This document shows, in pieces, positions 28,222 through 40,919 of a stretch of 64,000 nucleotides of DNA. Below the pieces are notes generated by a model. It was not told the origin of the DNA. It saw only the letters and a list, made by a program, of their open reading frames with translations, and ran no database searches. The DNA comes from the human T2T-CHM13v2.0 reference genome, Homo sapiens. The stretch lies in NCBI RefSeq assembly GCF_009914755.1, contig NC_060930.1. One strand, written 5' to 3'. A program made the translations under genes and the position numbers. Every line of letters begins with the position of its first letter. Position 1 is the first letter of the stretch.

Positions 28222-29249
28222 CACCTTCCTGGAACTAATTATAGCAAGGTTACAGGATACAAGGTTAACACACAAAAGTCAATCATTTTTCAGTATGTCA
28301 ACAATGAACAAGTGGAATATAAAAATTAAAAAATTCACTACCATCTATATAAGCAATCAAAAAATAAGATAGGTATAAATCTAACAACATATGTTCAAGA
28401 TCTATATGAAGACAACTATAAAACTCTTCTAAAAATGTTCTAAGAAGAACTAAATAAATGAATAGATATTCCATGTTCATGGATAGGAAGACTCAATATT
28501 GTGAACATGTTGGTTCTTTCCAATTTGATCTATAGATTCAACACAATCCCAACCAAAATCCTAGCTTATTACTTAGTAGATTCAATGAACTGATTCTAAG
28601 TTTATATGAAGAGGCAAAAGACCCAGAATATCCATCACAATACTAAAGGAAAAGAACAAAGTTGGAGTACTGACACTACCCAACTTCAAGACTTATAATA
28701 AGGCTACAGTAATCAAAACAATGTGGTATTAGTGATAAAATATAAAATTAATCAATACAACAAAATAGAGAGTCCAGAAATAGGACACATAAATATAGTC
28801 AACTGATCTTTAACAAAGGAGCAAATGCAATACAGGGGAAAAAACAGCCCTTTCAACAAATGGTGCTGAACAATTGGACATCCACATGCAAAGAAAAAAA
28901 AAAGAAACTAGACACAGACCTTATATTTTTTACAAAAATTAATTCAAAATGGATCACAGACCTAAAACACAAAACTATAAAACTCCAAAAAAAAAAAAAA
29001 AAAAGGTAGAAAATCTAGATGAACTTGGCTATGGCAATGACTTTTTAGATATAACATCAATGCTGAATCCATGAAAGGATGAACTGATAAGCTGGACTTC
29101 ATTAAAATTAAAAACTTTTTCCCTCCAAAAAACAATGGCAGGAGAATGAGAAAACAAGCCACAGACCAGGAGAAATATTTGTAAAAGATGCATCTGATCT
29201 AAAAACAAACAAACAAAAAAAACCTGTTATCCAAAATGTACAAATAATA

Positions 29250-29551
29250 GGCCGGGCGCGGTAGCTCACACTTCTAATCACAGCACTTTGGGTGGCCGAG
29301 GCAGGCGGATCACTTGAGGCCAGTAGTTCGAGATTGGCCTGGCCAACCTAATGAAACCCTGTCTCTCACTAAAAATACAAAAATTAGCTGGGTGTGGTGG
29401 TTTATGCCTGTAGTCCCAGCTACTTAGGAGGCTGAGGCAGGAAAATCGCTTGAACCCAGTATGCGGAGGTTGCAGTGAGCCGAAACCGCATCACTGCACT
29501 CCAGCCTCGGCAACAGAGGGAGACTCTGTCTCAAAAAAAGAAAAAAAAAAA
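29250..29551 (+). mobile_element. AluS
   Basis: Full-length Alu consensus. Confidence 0.93.
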
Positions 29552-29597
29552 TCATACCTACATAATGAAGCTTACATTTAAAAAAAAATAATAATAC

Positions 29598-30126
29598 TAG
29601 GTCTACAGAACTTCTAGACAGCTGAATATGTGGAAGTTCCCTCCTGAAGGGTGGCACCCCTGGAGATGGCATGGGATCTCCACATTCCTTATCTCATACC
29701 TTCCCCTATGCATCTCTTCAATCTGGCTGTTCATCTGTATCTTTTCTAATATCCTTTATAACAAATGGGTTAAGTGTAAGTAAAAAGCTTCTGAGTTTCA
29801 GCAAGTTAATCAAACCCAGGGAGGGAGTTATGTGAACTCTGATTTATAGCCAGTTGGTAAGAAGCATTTGGGACTTGAAATTGGCATCTGAAGTGGAGGG
29901 CAGTCTTGTGGTAGTGAGTCCTCAGTCTGTGGGTTCTGACGCTATCTCTACACATACAGTGTCAGGATTAAATTAGAAGACAGACACCCAGATGGTGTCT
30001 GCTGAAGAATATGCAGAACTGACTGCCTGGTGTGTAGGGAAACAAATACCATACATGTGGTGCAGAAGTACTGTGCTGAGTGGAGACTAGAGTGGGAAAA
30101 ATGCATCTTTGGTTTTTCCTATATCA
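29598..30126 (+). mobile_element. MER21-type LTR fragment
   Basis: agctgaatatgtggaagttcc...ccctatgcatctcttc...ttggcatctgaagtggagggcagtcttgtgg. Confidence 0.7.
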
Positions 30127-30317
30127 CTACAGCGGCTTTACTCATAATTGCCAAAACTTGGAAATTATCAAGATGCCCTTCAGTAGGTGAAGGCTGTGCA
30201 TGTGTGGGGATATGGAGGATATGGGAAATCTTGGTACTACCCATTTAATTTTGTAGTCAGCCTAAAACTGCTCTAAAAAATAAAATTCATAAATTTTCAA
30301 AAAGTTATCACAGGTGG

Positions 30318-30566
30318 GGCCAGGCGCGGTGGCTCACACCTGTAATCCCAGCACTTTGGCGGGACTAAGGCAGGCAGATCATGAAGTCAGGAGTTCAAGA
30401 CCAGCCTGGCCAACATGTTGAAACCCCGTCTCTAATAAAAATACAAAAATTAGCTGTGTGTGGTGACACGCGCCTGTAATCCCAGCTACTCAGGAGGCTG
30501 AGGCAGGAGAATTGCTTGAACCCAGGAGGCGGAGGTTGCAGTGAGCCAAGATCACGTCACTGTACT

Positions 30567-30600
<34 letters not shown>
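30318..30600 (+). mobile_element. AluS lacking its last ~25 nt, with long poly-A
   Basis: Alu consensus; flanks aagttatcacaggtg / aagttaacacagatg. Confidence 0.9.
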
Positions 30601-30605
<5 letters not shown>

Positions 30606-31248
30606 AACACAGATGCTTCTACTATAATACAAATATATGCATTCCTGGAAAACCACTGGAAAATCATGCACTAAACTGTGATATACCCAGAAAGCAGAAC
30701 ATTATTCAGTAATAAAGAAAAATGAACTATCAAGCCATGAAAAGATATAGAGGAAACTTAAATGCATACTACTAAGTGAAAGAAGCCAGTTTAAAAAGAA
30801 ATGGTTTGAATAGTATGTACTATATGATTCCAATTACATAACATTCTGGGAAAGGCAAAACTATAGAGACCATAACAAGTTCAGTGGTTGCTAGGGGTCC
30901 AATGGGTTGAACAGGCAGAGCACAGAAAATTTCTAGGGCAGTGAAACTACTCTGCATGATACGATAATGGTGGATACATGTCATTACTAATTTGTCAAAA
31001 CCCTTAGATTGCACAACACCAGGAGTGATCCTAATATAAACTATTGGTTTTTGAGTGTTAATGGTGTGTCAATATAGGTTCACTAATTATAAATAATGTA
31101 CCCTAAGGTACAAAACATTGATAGTGGGGGAGGTTGAGCACGTGTGAAGATATGGAGGATATGGGAGATCTTGGTACTTCCCATTCAATTTTGTAGTAAA
31201 TGTAAAACTGCTCTAAAAAGTAAAGTTAATAAATTTTTAAAAAGTTAA

Positions 31249-31891
31249 CACAGGTGCTTCTACTATAATGCAATATAGACATTCCTGGAAAATCATGCAC
31301 TAAAAATAATAGGGCGTATGGAACGAATAGGATTAAAAACACTCAATTCAAACTGATGCAATTTTAACTAGTGCACTAACAAAAACAGTGACTCAGGAGA
31401 TAACTTGGACAGTCTGAACAGGTGGTCACAGTGATATTTTAAAACCACATACACACACAGTCAAAATGCTGGCGGTACTTTAATTAGAGGTCTGGTGAGT
31501 GTTCAGATGATATAGGTGGACTCTGTGATATAGGGCTTGCCGTGCAGGTGGAGTAGGAGGGAGCATAACCTGGCGTGAACTGAAAGTCTATAAAGAAGGA
31601 AGTGCACTTCTCAAGGAAGAGCACCCAAAGGGCAGGTACTCTTTTACAATTTTCTTATGTAAGTTGGAAAAAGCTTCTGCTAATGTAGTAGGTAACCCTA
31701 AGCCTTTTGCTTTGCTGGCCAAATATTTTAATTTTATTCACCATATTCTAACTCCCCTTGCCTGGGGAGTTGGTGGGGGAAAGCACTTATGAACCAATCT
31801 AGAAAACTAAGCAGACATCATTCTCCTATTTACCAATTGTGTATGAGCAAATTTGCACCATAGAAATGTGTTTTGTAGCAAGACAAGCTGT
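31249..31891. mobile_element. Ancient Tigger-like DNA element (Tigger12-like, uncertain)
   Basis: Diverged inverted ends caggtgcttctactataa ... ttgtagcaagacaagctg. Confidence 0.35.
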
Positions 31892-31959
31892 AGTTGAAAC
31901 TCTATGTGAACTTAATCATATAGAAAAACAAAAATCTGAGGTCAGATGTTTTAATTTCT

Positions 31960-33300
31960 ACATTTAGTAACATCTTTTCAGCCTTTATCTGCCTTCTCTG
32001 ACTTTTATACAACGGTTCCCTTTCTATGGAAAAACACTTGCTTGCTTTCCTTTCTAGAACAACTCCCTCAGGCTCCTTCACAAGTTGTGCTCTTCTGCTA
32101 CCTTCTAAAATGCTGCTGTTTCCTCTTTCTAGTTCTGGATCCCATTTTCCTCTCATTGCACAAATCCTCCCTTGGAATACCTGATCATGCCCAAGGCTTT
32201 AATAACCACCCACCTAGACTGACAACACCTAAATCTCTTATCTCTGGCTCAGACCTGCACCCACAAATATTACCCTCATTCTTCACTCAACCCCAAATTT
32301 ACAATGTGTAAGTTTAACTCACTATTTTTCTCCTCTAAACAGATCCTTAACATAGTAATCTCTATAAACCAATCAATTGTTGCTGTATGAAATTAGGCAA
32401 TCATTCTCTCACCACATTAAATATGTCATTAAATCTGGCCCATTTTACCATGGCTTGGTCATACAGATGTTTAATCAACAGTCTTCTTCTCATTCTGACC
32501 ACTACAGATAAAATTCAAATGTTCACATAACTTTTGGACTATTGAGACAGCTTCCTGACTGGTTTCCCTGCCTCCAATAACATCTACCTTAAATCCAATC
32601 TCTATTATGCCATCAGAGTAACCAAACTAGGATACTTTGGAGGTGAAAGATGGCACTATTAATAAATTTATAAGCACAGCAGGCATAAACTGGGCCAGCC
32701 CTAAGCAAACCTTTACACCTCAGGTCATTGATATCACTCGGCCCTTGCTTACCTCTTCAACCACATATCTACCACTACCTTTCTCTCACATTACATTTCA
32801 TCCACACAGAATAATTTGTAGTTTTCCAAATGCATTATATTTCTCATCATTCCTTTAAGCTTCTCCATATGCCATACACTATGCCTCAAAACACTATTCC
32901 TTCACCCCCTTCACCTGGCTCAATTCATTTAGTTCATCAGGTTCTCAAACTAGATTATCACTTCCTACAGGAAGCCTGGCCAGGCTTTTGGAAGATTAGC
33001 TTCTATGTTCATAGCTGGGGTTCCCACAGCACTTCATACATAAACCCTGTGCGAATCAACACACTGCAACTATCTCTTGTCTGTGTTCTCCATTAGACTA
33101 CACATTCCTTGAGGGCAAAACCAGCTTCATTCACATTTCTATTGCTACAGCATAAATGGAACCTTATCCATAGTTAAGATAAACAATTTTTAAGGAAATG
33201 GATAAATATATTTTTTGGTATACTCTCTCTGTAGGGTTTAAGTTCCATAAAGGCAGAAACCATTCTTTGCTTTTGTGTTCCCAGAATTTAACACATTAGA
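31960..33300 (+). mobile_element. L2 fragments
   Basis: Pyrimidine-rich L2 3' region motifs: ggactattgagacagcttcctgactggtttccctgcc, attccttgagggca. Confidence 0.55.
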
Positions 33301-35449
33301 TGTTTAATGTTTTGTTGAGGAGGCTCATTTGTAAAGGTGGGATTCATTTTATTAAATGTTCATTAGTACAGACTTGGTGGTGGAAACAAACCAATTGAAG
33401 AAAAAATAGAAAAAAATGATATAAATGGAAAGAAAAAGAATAAAATGGAAAGAAAAGAAATGATGCAACAATGAAACTTAATAATAGTAACTATTATTTG
33501 GTTGATCTTTCCAAGGTACACATATATACAGAAAGAAGAGACCTCTTTCTTCTCCAATTTAAGTAAAGAAAAAGGGTCCTTCATATTTGGTTTATTCCAC
33601 AAAGTCCTGTTAACCACAGATGGAAATTTAGGTATAAATGGAAATACAAACTATTCCTTGGCTCTACCAATCTACCATTAGAACTATCCAGAAAGTTTGG
33701 ATTTTAGAATAAAGACATGGTTCTCATTCTCTACCTATGAGACTGAGTGATATCTACTTCTAAGGTCATCTTAATTGTAAGGTTAGTCAAATTTTTAATA
33801 AGAAAATAGAAGTTACTTATTAAGAGTATGTTTTCCATCTATAAATTCATTTAAAAATGTTACTTTTATTTTACTGACTTATTTACTCTAGAATACACAT
33901 TAATTTCAATAATTATTATTAAAAGCATAATTTTCTTTGTCTAGTGTCTATAGAATTAGGATGAATATGTTATGGATCAGAAAAATGTACCTATACAAAA
34001 TGCTATGCATAAAAAATTACATCATTCAAAGATCCAAGGTTAAAAAAATCCTTCGCTAAAGAAATATTTTATTACTCTATCTGCTGTTTCTTCTAACCCT
34101 CACCATTTTATTGGCTCTCTGTATCTATCCATTGATAGAAGTTTATCTTATATATTTATCATACCCATTTAGTATTAAGATTTTCCTTGTATTCTCTTTT
34201 ACAAATTGCTCTCATCTTTTAAAATCAGATTTCTCAATAATATTTCAATTCCTCACATACTTCAAAATCCTACTAATATTTTTAACAACCCCTTTTACAT
34301 ATCCTTCCAAATACTAATATTTTTATTTGTCCTTGCACGCTGGCTTGGAGAGCCCTCTACTGGCCTGATGCTGTGTCAAAAGAACATTTGCTTCATCCTT
34401 CAGATACCTATTTTTTACATGCTTTCGATAATATGATAATTATATAATTAAAGCCTTTATTCCGAATGACAGAATGTTAAAGAGAAATTGAACAATTCTA
34501 CTAAAATGCTGTTACCAAAGCAAGATACACTACTTCCATAGTATAGAAATACCATTTTCAAATAACTGTACATTATTCTCAGTACTCATTATAAAGCCTT
34601 GCTATCATGTGACAGAAGTCCAAGATGAGACCAAATTATAACATGATGTATTCATAACTAAAGTATAAAAGGCAAGTTGGAGTCTCTATGTTAAATGCCT
34701 CTGGCCTCAAGAAAATCTGATAGTTATTTTCTCATCAATATTTCCTGATTTTAATATACCAATGTCTCTAGTATTTATAAATATCACATTTGAAGATATG
34801 ATGAAGGAAACAATTCCACTTAACTTAAAATCTAGGAATAAAGGCCGTAATGAAGAGAACAACAATAACAACATCCACAAATAGAAGTATATACCACCAC
34901 AAAGTTATCAGGCCTCACTTTAGATCCCAATAAGTACGCCAACAGTCTTTTTCTTTGGGAAATAAACCAATATAAAGTTTATATAAAAATAAACATGCAA
35001 ACAAGTTTTAAAGGAAGCTCTTTTTAAAACTGAGTAATAATTAAGGAAAGTAGCCATTCCAGTCATATAAATTTTGTTAACGGGCCTCATAGACTCTATA
35101 TCTGTGTTCCAATTAGACTATACTCTCCTTATGGGCAAAATTAACCTCATTTACATTTCTATTCATATGGCGTAGACACTGTCTTACCTACAGTGAATAC
35201 AAATAAATTTAGAAGGAATAGACAAACTTGTTTTCCTATATGGTCTCTCCCTCTGTAAGTTTTGAGATCCATGAAAGCAGGAACTATTTTTCACTTTTGT
35301 GACATCAGAATTTAACACAGTGGATGTTATGTCACTGTTTGGTTAAATAGGCTCATTTGTAAAGGTGAGATTCATTTATAAAATACTCATTAGAATCAGA
35401 CCTCATTGTAGAAAAAATTACATAGAGGAAAAGGAAATAATAATATAAA

Positions 35450-36380
35450 CAAAATATTAAGACAAAATTGGAAAATTTATTTTCAAATTAAATTATAGAC
35501 AAAAAGCTAATTTCCTTTATATATACAGGGCTCCAAAAAACAATAAGCAAAAACCTACAACCTAACATAAAAAATGATCAAAGGATATGAAAAGAAATGT
35601 GAATGGGCCCTTAAATTTATAAAAAGAAATATAACATCACTCTTAAGAGAAATACATATTAAAACCATATGACCATAAGGAGATAAATCTCCCCTTTCTT
35701 TTATATAGACCTACTAGAAGGGCAAAAATCCAAGTTTAATAACACACTCTGTTAGCATGGCTGGGAGTTGGGGAGTGGGACGGTGAGAGTTCTTATACAC
35801 TGCTCTCCTAAAGAGCAATTTGACAGTATCAGTAAAAATCACAAACTCAATACCTAGAAATTTCACTTCTGGAAATGTAACTTACAAGAATATCTGCATA
35901 TGAGCAAAACAGTATTTATAAAAGGTTATTCTTTACAGCATCATTTACAATAACCCTAAACTGAAAACAACTCAAATTTTGATGAGTAGGGGGCAGGTAG
36001 AATAAATTATGCTATCTCCATAAAACAGAAGATCGTGTAACTGCAAAAGCAAGGGAAAGGGGTGTTATCTAGGTAATGATAGAGAAATAATCACTGTGTG
36101 TTATATAATTGTATATAACATTTAAAAAAAAGCAAGGTGCCAGATAATGTACATATTCTTATATTTTTTTAAATGCAGAAGAAGGATAAAACACACTTAT
36201 ATCTGTTTGTGATATGCATCAACTCTGGAAGGGATACACCAGAAACTGACAACAGTAGTTCCTGTATGTGTGTGGAGAGGGGTGTGCAATCTGGACAGAT
36301 GGAAGGCTGTAGTTGGACACCCTTTGCCACACATATAAATAAATATAAATCATGTGAATACATTATTAAGTTGATTTAAA
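35450..36380 (+). mobile_element. Old L1ME-like 3' region
   Basis: Degenerate L1 3' motifs. Confidence 0.5.
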
Positions 36381-36440
36381 ATGTCCTTATATTACAAGGT
36401 AAGTATATTATTAACACAAGCTTTACTACTAAAACAGCTA

Positions 36441-36593
<153 letters not shown>

Positions 36594-37627
36594 TTAAGGT
36601 CACATTATGAGTTATAATTTTCTAATAGTTAGAAGAACCTTAAGGAGCTTATTCCTCTTAGATTCCTTTAATATTCCTCTTAGATTCTAACAGTCACACC
36701 TTGCTTTCTTCAACAACTCATAGCTTGCTTTAAGCAAGTTATTTAATTTCTGTAAATATGTATGCTTAGAAATTTTAAAACTGTTTTGTGCCAGGCATGA
36801 TGCTAAGAGCTTTGTATGCAGTATCTCTCATCTTCAAAAATTTATTAACTCTCATGATGAAGTTTTGAAGGAGAGAGCTTTTAAAGAATAATAAAGATAG
36901 TATGAGTAAACAAATAGCTTGATGTTTTCCAAAATTACTTACAAAGTAACTTTTGGAACAAGTAAGTTGTATGTTTCAGGTTGCATCAAAAGACCTTGTT
37001 CTACTCAGGATGATTTCTAAAATTTGCTAACCTTTAAGAAAATCCACATATAAAACATTAAATAGGAGATAAGTCAGGAGAGATTCGTCATATAACACTT
37101 TTCAAATAATTTAAAGCTTTACAAGAAAGAAAAAAAAAAAAACCCTTCCTTTTCCAGCCAAGGTGCAGTAGCAGGCAGGGACTAGTTTTGCCCTCATGCC
37201 TGAAACAATTTTTTAAAAAAGACAAAATATAGGAAGTGAAGACTCTCAAGGCATTGGGCCACCAGGCAATTAAGAACAGTAATCTCTTAGAGATAGGTAA
37301 CTAATGAGGTGGGCCCTATGACTGACTGCACTTCCTGCTGAGAGAGTTTTCAAGCCCCAGCACAGGAATGGTGGTCTCCCTGAATTGAAGACACAAAGCT
37401 GAGAATCTGGAGAAACCAAGGCAGCTGTAGTTAGTTCACAGTACTCGATAACCCTTGGGCACTCGGTTGAATACTAATTAATACAGGCATGAGGAAGCTA
37501 CCGACGGTGTGTGTAGAGTGGAAGGGCAACCAAAAAAAATATTACAGGGAACAGTGCTTCAGGGTGCCTTGGAATTACTGGCTATTCCCAACTGCCAGAA
37601 TAAAAAGCTTCATGATTCCCAGGGCAT

Positions 37628-37843
37628 CAGCAATTCTCAACTGGGGACAGTTTTGAAACCAGTTAACATTTAGCAACATCCAGAGACATTTTCAATTTTC
37701 ACAACTGGGGCAGAATGTTACTGGCATCTAGTGAGCAGAAGCCAGAGATGCTACTAAATGTCTACAATGAACAGGATAGCCACCCTCAATAGTGAATTAT
37801 CTGATCCAAAAAAAATCAACAGTGCTGAGGCTGAGAAACCCAG
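37628..37843. mobile_element. MER20
   Basis: cagcaattctcaactgggg...ctggcatctagtgagcagaagccag...gagaaaccc. Confidence 0.7.
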
Positions 37844-39378
37844 GGTTTGTAAGATGAGTCTTGTCTCAGTGGGGAAAAAATAACCCTTGATAAAACAGCT
37901 CTAATGCCACCTAACAAAACTTAAAAGCAAGTACAAAAACTGCTTCCTAGAATAAAGTTCAGGAATACAAAAATGTAATATCAAAAACAAGTTAAAATTC
38001 ATAATGCCTGGCATCAAAAAATTATTGGGAGTACAAAAAAAGCAGAAAAAATGTAACTCATAATAATAAGAAAATCCAATCAACTGAAAGTGAGCTAGAA
38101 CTGACAGAGATGTTAAAATAGACAAGGATAGTAAATCAGTTATTATAACTATTCATATGCTTAAGTTAGAAGAATGAACGAACATGTTAAGAGGAGACAT
38201 ACATGACAAACAACACACTGAATGGTGATTAAAACATTAGACATTACAGCACAAAAGTACAGTAAATTTAAAAACAGCAATAGAAACTATCTAAAAAGAA
38301 ACACTAGAGAAAAAAGGACAAAGAAATAAAACAAAAAAGCTCATAGTATCAGTGAGCCGCGAGATTATAAGAGGCCAAATACATGTACAATTGGAATCTC
38401 TAAAGAGGAGGTAAGAAGGTGGCAGGGGGTGGGAGTAGGGGACAGAAAAAAAATATTTGTGTATAACAGGCCAAAATTTTACCAAATCTGATGAGAACTA
38501 TACACCCATAGGTTCAGGAAGCCCAGTGAACCCCAAATAAAAGTAACATGAAGAAATCTAAGACAAGGTACATCTAAATCAAATAGATTACAGTGATAAA
38601 ATCTTAATAGCAACCAGAGGGAAAAAAGATAAATCCATTCAAGGAGACAAAGATGAAGAGGATGGCAAATTTCTCAACTGAAATAATGCAATCAATAAGA
38701 CAATGAAGTACTTTAAGTACTAAAATTTAAAAGCTCTCAACCTAAAATTTTTGACATGAGAAAAAATTTGATAACAACACAAAAAGCATACAAAAAAAAC
38801 CTGTTAACCTATAATACTTCACCCACAGAAAATATTTTTTTAAAGGTTAAATAAAGATCTTTTTTGGAAACTTAAAAGCTGAAAGAATTGATCACCCCAG
38901 ACTTCAACTACAAAAAAAATGATAAAGGAACACCTTGAGGTAAAAGAACAATATACCAGATGAAAACCTGAATTTACACAAAAGAAAGAAGAATACCAGA
39001 AATGATAAACACATGGGCAAATAAATACATAAGATATTTTTCTTATTATTTAAATCTCATTAAAAGATCATAAATTGTTTGAGGCAAAAAAAAATTTATA
39101 TCCACGTTGTATAACCTTTGTAGATGTAGAATGTATGACAAAACAGCTCAAAGGCTAGAAGAGAAAAAAATGGAACTATGCTTTATAAGATTCTTACATT
39201 ATACATAAAATAGTATAGTATTACTTGAAGATAGACTGCTATACTTTAAAATATATTATAAACTCTAAAGCAATCATTATAACAATAGAGGTATAGCTAA
39301 CATGCCAATAAAGAGATAACAGGAATTGTAAAAAAATATTCAACTAATTCAAGAGAAGGCAAAGGGGAACAAAGATCA

Positions 39379-39831
<453 letters not shown>

Positions 39832-39966
39832 CTATATACTATCTACAAGAAAGAAAACCATTCTGAACATAAGGACACAAACAGGTTAAAAGTAAAAAGA
39901 GGAAAACCTGTGCTAAAAATAATCAAAAGAGAGCCAGAGTAACTATATTAATATTAGTAGAAGCAG

Positions 39967-40273
39967 ATTTTTTTTTTTTCTATTTTAGAGACAGGGTGTC
40001 ACTCTGTCACTCAGGCTGGAAGGCAGCGGTGTGATTAGAGCTCACTACAGCCTTGAACTCTTGGGCTCAAGCCATCTTCCTGTCTCAGCCTTCCAAATAG
40101 CTGGGACTATATATAGGATCCACTGTGCCCGGCTAAGTTTTTTTTTTTTTAATTCTGTGAAGGTGAAATCTCACTATGTTGCCCAGGCTGGTCTCAAACT
40201 CCTGGCTTCAAGTGATCTTCCCGCCTCAACTTCTTGGTGTTGGAATTACAGATGTGCGCCAACTTGCCAGGCC
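39967..40273 (-). mobile_element. AluJ
   Basis: Diverged reverse Alu consensus. Confidence 0.88.
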
Positions 40274-40919
40274 AAAACAGATTGTTAGAGCAGAGAATAT
40301 TGCCAGGGACAAAAATTATAACTTAATAATAATAAAAAGATCAATTCATTAAGACGTCATGACATTTGGGCCTAAGAGCACAGTGTCTAAATACATGAAG
40401 CAAAAAAACTGATAAAACAGAAAAGAAACAGATACATCCACAATTGTAATTGGATATTTTGACACCTGGATCTCAATAATTGACATTAATAGAACAAGTA
40501 GACAGAAAATCAAGAGAATATAAAAGACAAAAACACTATCAACTGATTTGTACTAAAAGGAATTTCTAGAATACTCCCCACAAAAGACAAAAGCAGCAGA
40601 ATACACACCCTCTTCAAGGATACATGAAACACTTATTAAAACAGATGATCTTCTGAGCCATGAAACAAGCACCAACAAACTTAAAAGAATTCAATTCATA
40701 TAGAATATATTCTTGGACCACAGTGAAATTAAATCAGAAAACAATTACAGACAGAATTCTAGAAAATCCTGAAGTATTTGGAAACAATGTAACATAATTG
40801 TAAATAACTTTAGGGTCAAAGAAGAAATCAGAAGATAAACTAAGTATTTTGAGGTGAACAAAAATGAAAACCAAACAAATTAAAATTTGTAAGATATTGA
40901 TAAAGAAGAACTTAGAAAT

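Larger units (their letters stand above)
28228..31245 (+). mobile_element. Continuation of the old L1M (ORF2 3' part and 3'UTR)
   Basis: ORF2 motifs (ccatgttcatggataggaagactcaatatt) and a 3'UTR ending ctaaaaagtaaagttaataaa. Confidence 0.75.
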
